Assembly: GCF_009914755.1 (NCBI RefSeq)
Contig: NC_060946.1
Source of the DNA: the human T2T-CHM13v2.0 reference genome, Homo sapiens
Strand: one strand, 5' to 3'
Length of the DNA stretch: 64,000 bases
Part shown: positions 13,528-26,656 of the stretch, in pieces
How positions within the stretch are numbered: position 1 is the first letter of the stretch
Layout of the letters: each line of letters starts with the position of its first letter
Position numbers and translations under genes: made by a program
Notes under the pieces: model-generated
Databases searched by the model: none
Told to the model about the DNA's origin: nothing
Seen by the model: only the letters and a program-made list of their open reading frames with translations

Positions 13528-16500
13528 TTTCATGGAGGAAGGTGCCCATGAAAGCAAACGTGCCTAGGGCCCAGGAAGTTGTGCTGCGGCCCTGGCCGTG
13601 CTCACCCTGCAGGAGTCCTGGCATTTACTTAATCCTGGCAATGATGGAATCCCCTCCACACAGGCTGGGGTGTGAGATGTGTCTGCCCCTTTGCTAGCTG
13701 GGGAAGGAGAATGAATGAGTGGCAGAAACTGCTAGTTGTGGAGCCCTTGGTTGGAGCCAGGCCTGTGGGCTTTACTGCACCCCAGCTACAGGGAGGTGAC
13801 TGAGTCCTTGCTGAGGTCCAGTGGCTTCCCAGGGCCCTATAGGCGCCGAGCACAGGGCTAGCGCTGAACCTGGGTTGCCTTACTGCAAAGGCCAGTCGGA
13901 CTTGTGACTTTCCGGGCTGTCAAAGGGACCCCTGTCTCTATGTATGATACGGGCTCAAGAGTGGAGATTTTGGGGAGCAGGGGAGGCATCTCACTCAGAT
14001 CCAAAAGAAGCCAAGAGAAAGAGCTGGGGAAGCCCAGGCTTTGGGCCCCAGAGCCCTGAGCTGGCTTCTGCTCACCGCTCAACTGCACTGTTGGCGACTC
14101 CTGGAAAGTCCCCTCCTGGTTCTGTAGGATGGCAGTCCTGGTGAAACCCGTGGGCTGTGGCGAGGATGGAGGTGCTGTTTGCACGGAGCATTTCCACCTC
14201 CCCCTCCTTCAGCTCTCTGCTCAGAGGTCACCCTTTAGATACCTTCCCTGCCCTGTCTGAAGCTGTCCCCCTGGCAGCCTCGCTACCCCATCACAACTCC
14301 CTGTTTCTTCCTTCAGGGCCCTTGCCAGCTCTGTGAAGTTGTGGTTGTTTCTCTGCTTGCTTGCCTGCTTGTTGCCATTCTCCCCACAACCCTGGGTGCT
14401 CCCCGAGGACAGTTGCTCCTGTTCACTGTCTCCCCAGGGCCCTGATCATAACAAGGCCATATGTGCATGTTCCTCTCCTCTCTCCTGTCACCATCACACA
14501 GCTCTCTTTGCTGCTCTTCAAACATAGCATGCACATTCCCACCTCTGGGCCCTGGCTTCAGCAGCTCCTTCTGCCTGGAGGGCCCTTCCGCCACATTCCA
14601 GCCCAGTGCTGCTCATGGACTTTCCCTGACCTCTTTGTAAAAAGCGGTGACCCCTCCCTGCCTGCGATCCTGGCTCCCTCCCTGGTTTTTCTCTTCCCCA
14701 CTGCATTGGTCACCAGGGCATGTCCCACACTTGCTCATCAGTCATTTCCCCTTGGGGAAGGCCAGCTGCATGGTGACAGGGGCGAGGCTGGTCACCTCTG
14801 TGGGGATGACGCCTGGCACAGCTGGCGGGATGAGGTGCACAGTGAATACTTTTTACAAAACTGATGAATATGTGAAAACTCAGTGATCTAGAATCAAGGA
14901 AATGTATTATCAAAGGGAATGTTTTCTGGATCCTGCCTTGTAGGTAAAAGAGACGGAAAGTAGGGTTGGAAGCAGAAGGCATATGGTAGGGTGAGGCTGG
15001 AGTGGGCAGAAGGGGATTTGGCTAGATTTGTGGCCCCTCCCCTTTTATCCATGAGGTCTGTGGTGTCAGTCCCAGATATCCCTAGCAGTGTGCTATAAAG
15101 CCCTCAGTACCCAAGGGAGAGACTCTGTCCATATCCTTTGCCTTAAACCCCCTGAGAAGACACATTAATTATGACATTTTGGTTAAAAAGAAAAAATAGT
15201 TCTCTTCCTCTATTGCTTTCTGGTTGGCTCTGAGTTAATGAGAACATTCAATCATCCAGAACACTTGGGGCATTCCGGCTAACCCAGGGCTCGCTGTTCA
15301 TGACCTCATTTCCTTACCTCAGGTACATTTGCTGAGTGTTCCCACAAGGGCCAGCAGGGACTGGGATCAACTCTCATGGAGCCCAGGCACAGTGGACAGT
15401 CAGGTGACAGGCCCTCATCAACCTCCGAGTGTGACCTGCAGAGGCTGAGGGGGCCCTCTCTGGGGGGTTCAGGCTGCTGGGGGAGGTGACAGAGTCTGAA
15501 GCTGTGAGAGAGATATGCTGGATAAGGCTCCATCTTCCAGAAGTATCCATGGGGCTCCTGAAAGCCAAAGACTTCATGGGAAATGCTTTCATGGACAAAA
15601 TTGTGGAATAAAAGTCAACTTCAGGATAAAGGAGTGAATGAGGGGAACAAGCAGGCCTGGAAGCTGGGTACTGTTTTCCAGGACATTGCCTGAGAAATGT
15701 GGCATTTCCGTGTGCTGGACACCATCCTGGACAGAGGCAGGCTTTTGGACCAGCAGACCTGTGGCCTCATCCTGCTGTGCCCCATTAGCCAAATTGCCTC
15801 ATGTCTCTGAACTTCAGTGTCATCTTCTAGAAACTAGCCCAGAGATGCTAACATTACCAGCCAGAGTGAAATCACTCATGCTAGCATGTCCAGCAGAGAG
15901 TGCTAGGAGCCGGGGCTTAGCAAACATCAACATCCTTTCTTCTTTCTTCCCTGTCCCCTACTCGGTCACGATCCTCATTCAGAGCTCAGCCCTGTACTGG
16001 CTGCTGAGCCTAACAATGAGTCAACCAGTCCCTGCTCTCCAGTTGCTTCCAGGACAGTGGAAGGAGGCAGCCAGGTAAACAGATACCTGTAGCATTGTAA
16101 ATGCAGCACGGACATTTGCGCCAAAGCCTGGTGTGTGCTTTGTCACCTTACTCCCTGTGGGTGCTTTACTCTCCCATTGGAAGGGGACTTTCTTGAGGGC
16201 AGGGACTGCACAGCTCTGAAAGCATCACAGGACACTCTTGAAACAGGGAAACTTCACTTTGCTAGAAGGGTTCTGTGCTGGTAACTTCCGTTATCCTGGA
16301 CAGGGGCAATCTGGGAAGTGAGCACACAGTACCTCTAAGCAGCCACACAGGTGGCAGATGCCACGCCCTTTACTCCTACAAAGGCTCACGAAAGCCGCAG
16401 ACTCTCACACTGCTGTATTTTGCAGAGAGTTCCAAGAAATGCAGGTCCTTTGTTTCCTAGCTTACTGGAGTTTAGAGGCAGCAAATTAGGATTTGAGGGG

Positions 16501-16589
16501 AAGACTCAGGACCCTAGTGCATGCAAGTACGTTGGCAATAGCAGGATGGGAAAGCAAAGTAAGATCGTTCCGAATAGATCCAAGAGTCA

Positions 16590-16930
<341 letters not shown>

Positions 16931-17451
16931 TTCATCTGGGGCCATTCAGTATGGAGACAGCTATCCCAAACCTGTGACTGCAACCTGTGAGCATCACAAT
17001 AGTTAGAGTAATATTATAAATGAACAGCAATCCATTAATTAATTAATCCATGCATTCATTTTGCAAGCACTTCTGGACTCTGCATGTGCCAAGCATGATG
17101 CTGGGCACTGGGGATGTGAACATAAACAACACTTTGTGATTCGGGAACATCAGCAAAGGTTTAAGTGCAGTCAAGGGCAGTGACAACCATTACTGCTGAC
17201 TGAGTGACCATTATGTGCCCGGACACTATACTAAAATATTTTACATACATTATCTCCTTTAAGCCATAAGCCACTCTGGGAGGTATGCTTTATTTAATCC
17301 ACATTTTACAGACGAGGAAACTGATGCTCAGAGACTTACGGGGCTTGGCACCTTTCACACAGTAATAAATGGTAAAGAACCTAGGATTTCTCTAGCCCCC
17401 AAGATCAGGCCCATTTTTTTCTCCCACCCTGTCTCTTGGAACCGATGTGCC

Positions 17452-17756
17452 TGTATCTCCCAAAAGTATTCCCTGTATTTATTTGGTTGATGGTATTCAA
17501 AATGATTTTACGCGGCATAAAACTAAATATTTTAAAAATATTTCATCATAATTTCCATGCATATCAGAAAATAAACATATCTTGCACATCAAATCGGCAA
17601 TATGATGCTTCTTTTAAAATGAATGTACTGTACTTGTGAAAATGTAAGTCGATTTAAAGAAAACATCAAGTAAATCACAGTCCAGGTGATACGTGGTTAT
17701 ATATATAGAAAAACTCGAGGAGATCGAGTGTACGGATGATGTTTGGGAAAAACAGG
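17452..17756. mobile_element. Old hAT-Charlie DNA transposon relic (MER113-like)
   Basis: Degenerate inverted ends ctgtatctcccaaa ... tttgggaaaaacag; family assigned from memory of the consensus. Confidence 0.5.
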
Positions 17757-17970
17757 TGTCCTAGATTTAAGAAAGCAAGAAAGAATAAAATCCACTTTGG
17801 AAATAATGTACACAAATTCACTACAGCAGGAGAAATGTGGGTGCCTTCGACCATGAGCGTTAGCTATCTGGAAACACGTTAAGATGGATACTGTGCGTTT
17901 AAGGGATGCCAGCTGATTGCAGAGTGTCCTCAACAGGCTCCAGCACTCATGCCACCATGTCTGTTTCCAG

Positions 17971-18130
17971 GGTCCTCTGCCCTGCGGACCTGTGAGCAGC
18001 CCCTCCAGTGTGAGATTTTCCACCAGTTGGGATGGGACCCTGTGCGGTACGACCTCACGGGCTGGCTCCACAGAGCCAAGCCCAACCTCTCGGCCCTGGA
18101 TGCACCCCAGGTCCTGCAACAGTCAAAAAG
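17971..18130 (+). CDS. MYO18B: MYO18B coding exon (SSALRTCEQ...FHQLGWDPVRYDLTGWL...QQSK)
   Basis: Acceptor ctgtttccag|GG, donor AAG|gtgagt; 160 nt, phase 1 to 2; aligns to the myosin HYAG-V-Y region. Confidence 0.95.
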
Positions 18131-19472
18131 GTGAGTTGGGTCAGGGTTGGGGACGGGGATGGAGCATTGGAGGCGCTGTGTTTTCCTTCCCACCTAAACT
18201 AGGCAGTCACTACAACACGGTGTGGGAGGGCCAGCCCAGGAATCCCATCCCTCCATAATGGAGCAAAGAACCATAACTTGAATTGGAGCAGTGCAGTGTC
18301 TCCCTGGGGCCAGAGTGAATCCAGCTGAGGAGAAAAGCTGGCCTCCTGGGGAGGTGGAACAAAAGCTAAAAAGCTGTGACTTCTTATTTTGGCACTTTGC
18401 CTTTCATTAAGTATCTGAGAGATGATGTGACTGGAACAACTTTTATGGACATTCAAGAACTAGGGGTTCATAAAACTGAAATGATACGTTTTGTAGCGTT
18501 AAAAAAAAGCTCACCATGTTCCCTGGCTGCTCAGCCCAGAGTGCTGGCGTGAGGCCGGCAGCATTCTCTGCTTTTAGTTCAGAGGCTTATTGGAAAATGC
18601 TGTGTGTGTGTGTGTGCATGCACACTCCCAAGTTCAATGCTGGAATTCCTCAGGGGTAGAGCTTAGAGACAAGAAGAGAAACTGAGACGACCAGGGAGGT
18701 GCTGGTGTCTCAGATGGGCACCAGGATGAGAAAGAACCACTTACTCACTACTCCCTATGTGCCTTGGATCAGCATAAACGCTTTATGAGTATCTTCTGAA
18801 TCCTTATCACAACACAAGATCCTTAGTCCCATTTTACACATGAGAAAAATTGAGGCCCCGAGCAGTGAAGTGGCTTGCCTTTGCTCACACAGCAGAACAG
18901 TGGCACAGCCAGGACCCAACTTGAGTCTAAGAGATGCTTGGAGAATTCCCAGAACATTATGTCAGAGCTGATTGGAAACCCACATCCAGGAGTGGGGCTC
19001 GTGAACATCCAGCTCCTGGAGAGAGATTCAGGCCAGGGCTGGGGCAACAGGAGTTGCGAGCACACAGAGGACTGAATGATGACCCAGGTGGCACAGGTTG
19101 AGTCTCAGCCCTGCCCTTTGTCACCTGAGTGACCGTGGGCAGTCGCTCTCCCTCATCTCGGTTGTTTCTGCTTCCTGTACCATAAATAAGAGCAGGACGA
19201 TGCTACAAGACTCAGCGGCTGTAGCCCAGCTTTGGGGACAGGAAGATGTTCAGATTCCGTTTTTCCCTCTTTTAAGCTACATGACCTGGACCTCAGTTTC
19301 ATAATCTGAGAAATGGGAATGAGGTTCCAAAGCTCCCATGTCTGATCTAAGAAGGCTTTGGTGACGTAAAGTAGCAGATGACCTATTAGAGAGCCCGGTT
19401 CGTAGTTGGCTCATGGAAGAGGGTAGGCCACTCTGCTTTACTGGAACAGACACTTGAAAAGCTGGCACCTTT

Positions 19473-19787
<315 letters not shown>

Positions 19788-20335
19788 CTAGCATCCTGGC
19801 CACTAACCTCAGAATCTGTCCATGACAGGGATGCTGAGAGAAGGCACTATCTGCTCAGGTATCAGGCTGGGTATTTATTTGACATTATCTTGCAGCTCCA
19901 GAAACTGTGTGCCCAGCCTGAGTCATTCCTTCTTGCATGAAACACATGGCACGTGCCTACTGTGTGCTAGGCCTGGTCTAGGAATAGCAGAGAGGACTTT
20001 GACCTCTAAGAGAGTACAGGTGTCGTAGCATTGCTGTAGGTATGTAAGTGACAAGAATATCCATAGGACAGATGCTCTAAGCCTAGGCAGGGAGGGAGCA
20101 TTTGAAGGTAGAAGACGGGCATCAGGAAGGAGCTGGCATTTGCCATGAAGCAAAGCCTCACCTGGCAGGAGGGGCTGTGAATGAAGGGGAGCAGCTAGGA
20201 CACATGACTGTAGAGGAGGCTTTAGGAAGCCGAGGAGCAGGAAGCAAGAAGGCTTGTTCCCTCTGCCACCACCCAGGCCAAGGCTTTCCCAAGAACCTCC
20301 TAAAGCTCCTCTCTCTTTTCCCTCCTCCCCACCAG

Positions 20336-20519
20336 AGAGGAGCTGCGGAGTCTATTCCAGGCCCGGGCCAAGCTGCCTCCTGTGTGCCGGGCTGTGGCAG
20401 GCCTGGAGGGCACCTCCCAGCAGGCCCTGCAGAGGAGCCGCATGGTGAGGAGGACCTTTGCCAGCAGCCTTGCCGCGGTGAGGAGGAAAGCCCCGTGCTC
20501 CCAGATCAAGCTGCAGATG
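20336..20519 (+). CDS. MYO18B: MYO18B coding exon (EELRSLFQARAK...loop 2 region...SQIKLQM)
   Basis: Long pyrimidine tract then accag|A, donor ATG|gtgagt; 184 nt, phase 2 to 0. Confidence 0.95.
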
Positions 20520-21035
20520 GTGAGTGGGCACCCTGTCTCATGGTGTCCTGGCCTTCACTGCCTCCATCCTCATCTCCTCTGGGCTGAGTCATGTGCCTAC
20601 ATCATCTCTAACCTCCCCAGCAAGGCCAGAGGGGCGAGTGTCACCCCACGCTCCACAGAGGAGGAAATGGGGGCTCCCAGCAGCAATGAAACTTGGCCCT
20701 GGTCACACCCCCAGGAAGTGACTGATCCAAATCTGAGGCCTAAGCCTGTGCTGCTTGGTGTTGAGTTGAGAGGCCTGGGGGAGTTCCCAGAAGCTATGAA
20801 TGCCCTCTTGACTCCAGTGACACATATGAGAGCCAGACTAGCCCTGTCTGCCTTGCTCACCACTAGGTTCCCCTGGGGCAAGGCGGCAGGACCCAGCTGG
20901 ATGTAAATGTGGTACCTAGACCTGGAATGTGAATCCGTGAATAAATGAGAACATGAGATTGGTCAATGGCCAGGCTGAGCAGAAATGAGAATGGGCTGAG
21001 ACAAGGGAAGGACACCTTTAAATAAACCTTATAGT

Positions 21036-21383
<348 letters not shown>

Positions 21384-21665
21384 TTAGTCCGAGTCCTGAG
21401 TTCTAGTCCCAGCTGTTCTGCCACTGGTCTGTATGACCTGGGGCCACTCACTTGCTCTCTCCATGCCTCAGTTTCTCCATCTGTTTCAACAAGAACCATT
21501 ATTTCTCATGAGCACAAATCAGGCTGTAGGTGGGAGCTCCTTGGTGTGGGACATAGGGGCCCCAAAGATGCTCAGGTTGGGCTTAATGAATATTTGGAGA
21601 GGGTCCAGTCCCCTTTCTGTGTCTCTGTGAGACAACTGGCCCTGACCTCCCTCTATTTGGTCTAG

Positions 21666-21888
21666 GATGCGCTGACCAGCATGATCAAAAGGTCCCGGCT
21701 GCACTTTATCCACTGCCTGGTACCAAACCCTGTGGTGGAAAGCAGGAGTGGGCAGGAATCTCCACCACCACCGCAGCCTGGTAGAGACAAGCCTGGGGCA
21801 GGTGGACCTCTGGCCCTGGATATCCCAGCACTGAGGGTCCAGCTTGCTGGGTTCCACATCCTGGAGGCTCTGCGTCTGCATAGGACAG
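21666..21888 (+). CDS. MYO18B: MYO18B coding exon (DALTSMIKR...HFIHCLVPN...SH2/SH1 helix LRVQLAGFHILEALRLHRT)
   Basis: Acceptor tctag|GAT, donor CAG|gtaaga; 223 nt, phase 0 to 1. Confidence 0.96.
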
Positions 21889-22144
21889 GTAAGAGACAGC
21901 TAGGACACAGCACCTTGTCTCTGACTCCTGGGACATGTCCACCCACCAGTGGCAGCCAAGGGATGGGAGCCCCTGCCATGTGCTAGGAGCTTCACACCCA
22001 GCATCCTGGTTACTCTTCCCAGCAGTCTTCTGAGATGAGGCCACTGATGCTCAGAGAGGTGGAAGTACTTGCTCATGGTCACATTGCCTGGACGTGGCAG
22101 AGCCTGGATCAGGACCCAGCTCTCTTTGAGTCTGAAGCCCACTG

Positions 22145-22281
22145 TTTTTTTTTTTCTTTATTTCTTCTGAAAACACACACACATACACACACACACACAC
22201 ACACAAAATGGGATACATGTACAGCACGTGCAGGTTTGTTACATAGGTATACATGTGCTATGTTGGTTGGCTGCACCTGTT
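22145..22281 (-). mobile_element. L1PA8-like 3' tip containing a (CA)n microsatellite
   Basis: TTCTTTATTTCTTCT...GGGATACATGT...CGTGCAGGTTTGTTACATAGG; aagccca on both flanks. Confidence 0.75.
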
Positions 22282-24810
22282 GAAAAAGCCCATATTATTT
22301 CTAGAATTGCCTGTACACTCCTAGAAAACTAGGGCTGTGTCTTCCTTTTAGCCATGAATTTCTAAGGAGCATTGTCTTGCAACAGAGGGTGGAATTCCTG
22401 TGATGAGTGATATTTTGATGTTCACGATGCTCAGTTTGGTTTGGGAGGTTGCTGTGATCCCAGGAGATGATGATATGACTTGATGAGGGCTCATAGCACC
22501 CAGGGATACGGGAGGCCCTGAGGCCTAAAGGAGGGAGCTTCCTACTCTCACTGGGAGTTTGGGGAAAGCTCACAGTGATGTAATACCATAGTCAGGCCTT
22601 GAAGCATAAGAAACTGTCACCTCTGGCAAAGGGAGGGAACATTAGGCAGAGGGATCAGCAAGTATGAAGGATGGAGGCATAAAACGGGCAGGTTTTCAGG
22701 GAAGTGGATTCAGAATGAGTGAGGAGTTGTGGGAGAAGAGGCTGAGGCATCCACCAGCGCAGGCTGCGAATGCCTCTGTTGGGTTATCACCAGGTCCACC
22801 TGGGGAGATGATGGGCTGGCAGGGGGATGGGGGGATTCTAATCAAGGGATTGAAGTTTTTGGGTCTGTATTTTAGTAAGAAAATGTGCACCTGATGTCCC
22901 CACATTAGCTAATCTTAGGAGTTGAGTTTGATCTCAGTCCTTGCTATTCTTTTCTGCCTCTCAGTCTCCAAAGGCCACCACACTGACTCCCCTCTCTGAC
23001 AGTTAGAAATGGCTCAGACAAGGCCATGCTCTCTGCAGAGGACAGGGTGGCTGGGACAGGCAGAAGTCTCAGGTGAGCACCTCATTTGGTTAAAGTCTCC
23101 GTGGTCACTAGTGCCCTAGTGTATGGTCGCTTCTCCCATCTCCCCCTGCTGGGTTAATAAGGGACCCCTGGGCACAGAGTATTTGACTGGGAGCAGCTAG
23201 AAGCAAAGATGAGACCCTCACTCCGCTGAGCATATCAATGATTTTCCCTCCCACCCGCACAGCCGCAGAGGAGGGAGACAGATAATGTCACAAGAGAAGA
23301 AGGGGATGGTCACAGCCAGTGGCTGGTCCCCCACACTTAATCGATTCTATTTGGCTGCTTGGCAGGAAGTGCTGGGCCTTTGCAGGCACCATGGGCCTGG
23401 GTCAGACTGTTAGAATGCCTGTGCGCACGCAGGGTCAGGGCGTCCCGTTCCTGTGTTCACGTGACCTCACGACACCATCTCTGTTCTCAGCACAGCCTAG
23501 CTCAGCCATGATGAGCTTTCCAACTAAGCGAAGGGTTGATATCTCGTGGTAGAAATGTCCAATTTCTGTCTCCTAGACCTGGTTCATTTCCTCTTTTTAT
23601 TTCTATTGTAAGTCATGTTTGTCTCTTTCACACTCACATGAGATAGATTTGTATGCATACACAGATACGTCAAATATTTATTATTTGGAATCTGTGCATA
23701 TATAATATATATATGCATATATACACATGCATGTGTGATGCATACTCATGCATGCTATTGAGTACCTACTACGTACTAGACACTGTGTTGTCACCTATAC
23801 TAAATGAGATCATTTTTGCTGTGCTAAAGGTATGTAGTAAACATTCATTCAACATTACCTATCGTGCAGCCTGGTAGGCACAGCTCCAACTCTGGAGGGA
23901 AATGGTTTGGCCTTGATTCTGGCCACCACCTCTCACCAGCCGTGTGACCCCAGGAAATTCCCTAGAGCTTATCTCCCTGTCCTCTCCTATAATAGCTCAT
24001 ATCGCTGAAGGCTGCTATGGGGCTGGGTGCGTCAATAAGACAATAAAGCTTAGAAAAGTGGCAGGTTGTGGAAGAACACATAATACCCATTAGCCGCTTT
24101 TACTATAATTGTCATCGCATTTAATCCTCATAGTGACCATGTGAAGATAGATCTTGTTATCTCATCTGACAAGTGAAGAAATTGAATCTCAGAAAGGTGA
24201 ATCAGTTGTCCCAGTCATGGGGCTCATAAGCACAGAGACGGGACATGAACGCAGATAGGTGTGCCCTAAAGGAGGCTGGTAACCTCCCAGGTCCCCCATC
24301 TCTGTGCTGTCTGCATCCTTCAAAGCTGGTCTGAGACCCTCCTCTTCCCCAGGAAGTCTTCCAGGATTAGCCACACAAACAATTGCTGTTCTTCGTAGTT
24401 GATGCATCTGGCTTATTGTGAAGTCTCAAAAGTGGAGTGAGATTTTACCATACCTTTTCTGATCCAGTCACTTGGGGGGTCTTTCTGAAGCAGTTGAGGC
24501 TCTTCTTGTACCCAGGGAAGAGTCTAAACCTCGAGACCTGGAATTTGCGTTCAATTTCCTTTGGGACCTGGTCTCTGCTCGTCTTTGGCTACTCTCCGCT
24601 GCCTGGGTTTGAGTCCCAGCTGGGACAGTTACTATTTTGTGTTGTGTAACTAGGTGAATTCATCTCTCTGGGGCTCAATTTCCCCTTTTGTAAAATGAGG
24701 ATGATAACATAGGCCCATGAGTGTCTATAACACGAGGAAGTTGTTACCCTAGTGATTTGCACACATAAGCTCTCAGTAAATGCTGGCTGTTACTGTGGAC
24801 TATAAAATAA

Positions 24811-25001
24811 TTTTTTTTCTTTTTTGGGACAGTGTCTCGCTCTGTCACCCAGGCTGGAGTGCAGTGGCACGATCGTGGCTTGCTGCAACCTCTGCCTCCT
24901 GGGCTCAAGTAATTCTCCCACCTCCAGAGTAGCTGCGACTACAGGAACGCACCACCACGACTGGCAAATTTTTGTATTTTTTGTAGACACCGTGCCCAGC
25001 C
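24811..25001 (-). mobile_element. Alu (AluJ-like) with most of the left arm internally deleted
   Basis: Right arm and linker (TTTTGTATTTTTTGTAGA) join directly to CACCGTGCCCAGCC, the Alu 5' end. Confidence 0.85.
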
Positions 25002-25699
25002 TTGGAATGTATCTTATACTTCCCTGTTCTAGGTCTTGTCTGTACAGCCCCCTCTGCCTAGACTTCTCTTCCATACCAAGTTATTTTGGAAAACCCTATG
25101 GCTTCTTCAAAAACTGAATCTAATGTCATTTTCTCCCAACAGCTTTTCAGGTGCCCCTTCTCTTCCCAGTTCCCCACATAGAAGGATGCAGTTGCGTCCA
25201 CCCTGCATGGTAGACTTACAAATGCCCTTAGATACTGCCCAATGCAGCATGCTTCACATACAGTGTATGGGGTGGTAATATGTGTTAGACAAAACACTTT
25301 CCTTTGTCAAACGGGTTTGGGAACCTCTGGGCTAACGTTGGGAAACTCAAGGCTTATCAGGCATCTCCCCTGCATGAGTTCTCAGAGCCTTTGACTTGGA
25401 TGCTGACATGGCTCATGGACCTTCCAAGAGGCGGATGAGTGTGCAGCTTTTTCAAACTTTCAGTGGAGCATTTTATAGGGTTCGTGTTCTCAGGAACACC
25501 TCTGGGAAGTGCCAATCAAATATAGTCTCTTAAATTAACAAATGGAGAAACTAAGGTCCCAAGAGATGAGTCCATGCAGCAAGTTAGTAGCCAGGCTAGG
25601 AAGCAGGACCCTGCACTCCTGTCTAGGGGTTTAGGGAACTGGGCTGGGTCTTCTCATCTGGACTCTGTGCTCTTCTCCTGCCTGCTCCTACCTCCCTAG

Positions 25700-25809
25700 G
25701 CTATGCTGACCACATGGGGCTCACTCGCTTCCGCCGGCAATTCCAGGTGCTGGACGCTCCACTCCTGAAGAAGCTCATGTCGACCTCCGAGGGAATAGAT
25801 GAAAGGAAG
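25700..25809 (+). CDS. MYO18B: MYO18B coding exon (converter; [17 protein letters not shown]...GIDERK)
   Basis: Acceptor cctccctag|GC, donor AAG|gtaggt; 110 nt, phase 1 to 0. Confidence 0.95.
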
Positions 25810-25879
25810 GTAGGTGGAGCACATGCGAGAGGGGTGAAGGCCCTAGATATGGATATGTTGGTTATTGGACATGTTCCAA

Positions 25880-25985
25880 GGCTGGGCACGGTGAGTGGCT
25901 CATGCCTGTAATCTCAGTGCTTTGGGATACCCAGGTGGGTGGATCACTTGAGTCCAGGAGTACAAGACCAGCCTGGGCAATATGA
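25880..25985 (+). mobile_element. Alu left monomer (FLAM/AluJ fragment)
   Basis: GGCTGGGCACGGTG[AGTG]GCTCATGCCTGTAATC...AGACCAGCCTGGGCAA. Confidence 0.88.
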
Positions 25986-26625
25986 CTTTGACTAAGGTCC
26001 AGTGGGCTCATGTTCCATAAGGGATTGCCCCAGGGGGCATCTGGACCAGCTGGAATCTGAAAGCAGGACCATGGGGGCAGTGCTGAGGGCAGCATGAGGT
26101 TTCACTCAAATTCTTGTTCTAGACCAAACCCCCACAACAATGTCACTTGGGACCCGACTCAGCCCAGAATGACCCTTCTGACCCCTAGATAAGGAACTTT
26201 AGGAAAAGAATAAGAATAGAGTCATGAGAAGAGAGCATCCCAGCTAAAAGGGACCCTAGCAAGGTGAAAGGTCATCATTTGCAAAGTGTGTTCCATTCAG
26301 CACCAGCACCCTGGGGTGGTCTATGAAAAGAGGGCTTCAGGGTCCAAAATGTTTAGGAAATATTTACATCAGGGCCCCATGTTTGAGAATTCTGATGAAC
26401 ATCACTCCTTAGGGCCTTTGCACGAGCTGTTTTCTCTGCCTGGAGCACTCGTTCCCCGAATCTTTGCGTGGCTGGTGTCATCTTGCTATTCAGATCCCAG
26501 CTCAGATACCATTCTTCATCACATCCTCTTGTTTTGATGTTTATGTAGCACTTATCTGAAATAATGTGAATCTCCTCTGTGTTTTCTGGCTTACAGCAAG
26601 AGCTCAATAATGTTTTTGTTGAGTT

Positions 26626-26656
26626 AATGAATGAATGAATGAATGAATGAATGAAT
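26626..26656. repeat. (GAAT)n tetranucleotide repeat (L2 tail-type)
   Basis: taatgaatgaatgaatgaatgaatgaatgaata. Confidence 0.9.

Noticed and set aside
12975-13697. His/Thr-rich and Cys/Val-rich ORFs up to 174 aa
   Set aside because: Translations of the (TG/TA)n tract; low complexity on both strands.
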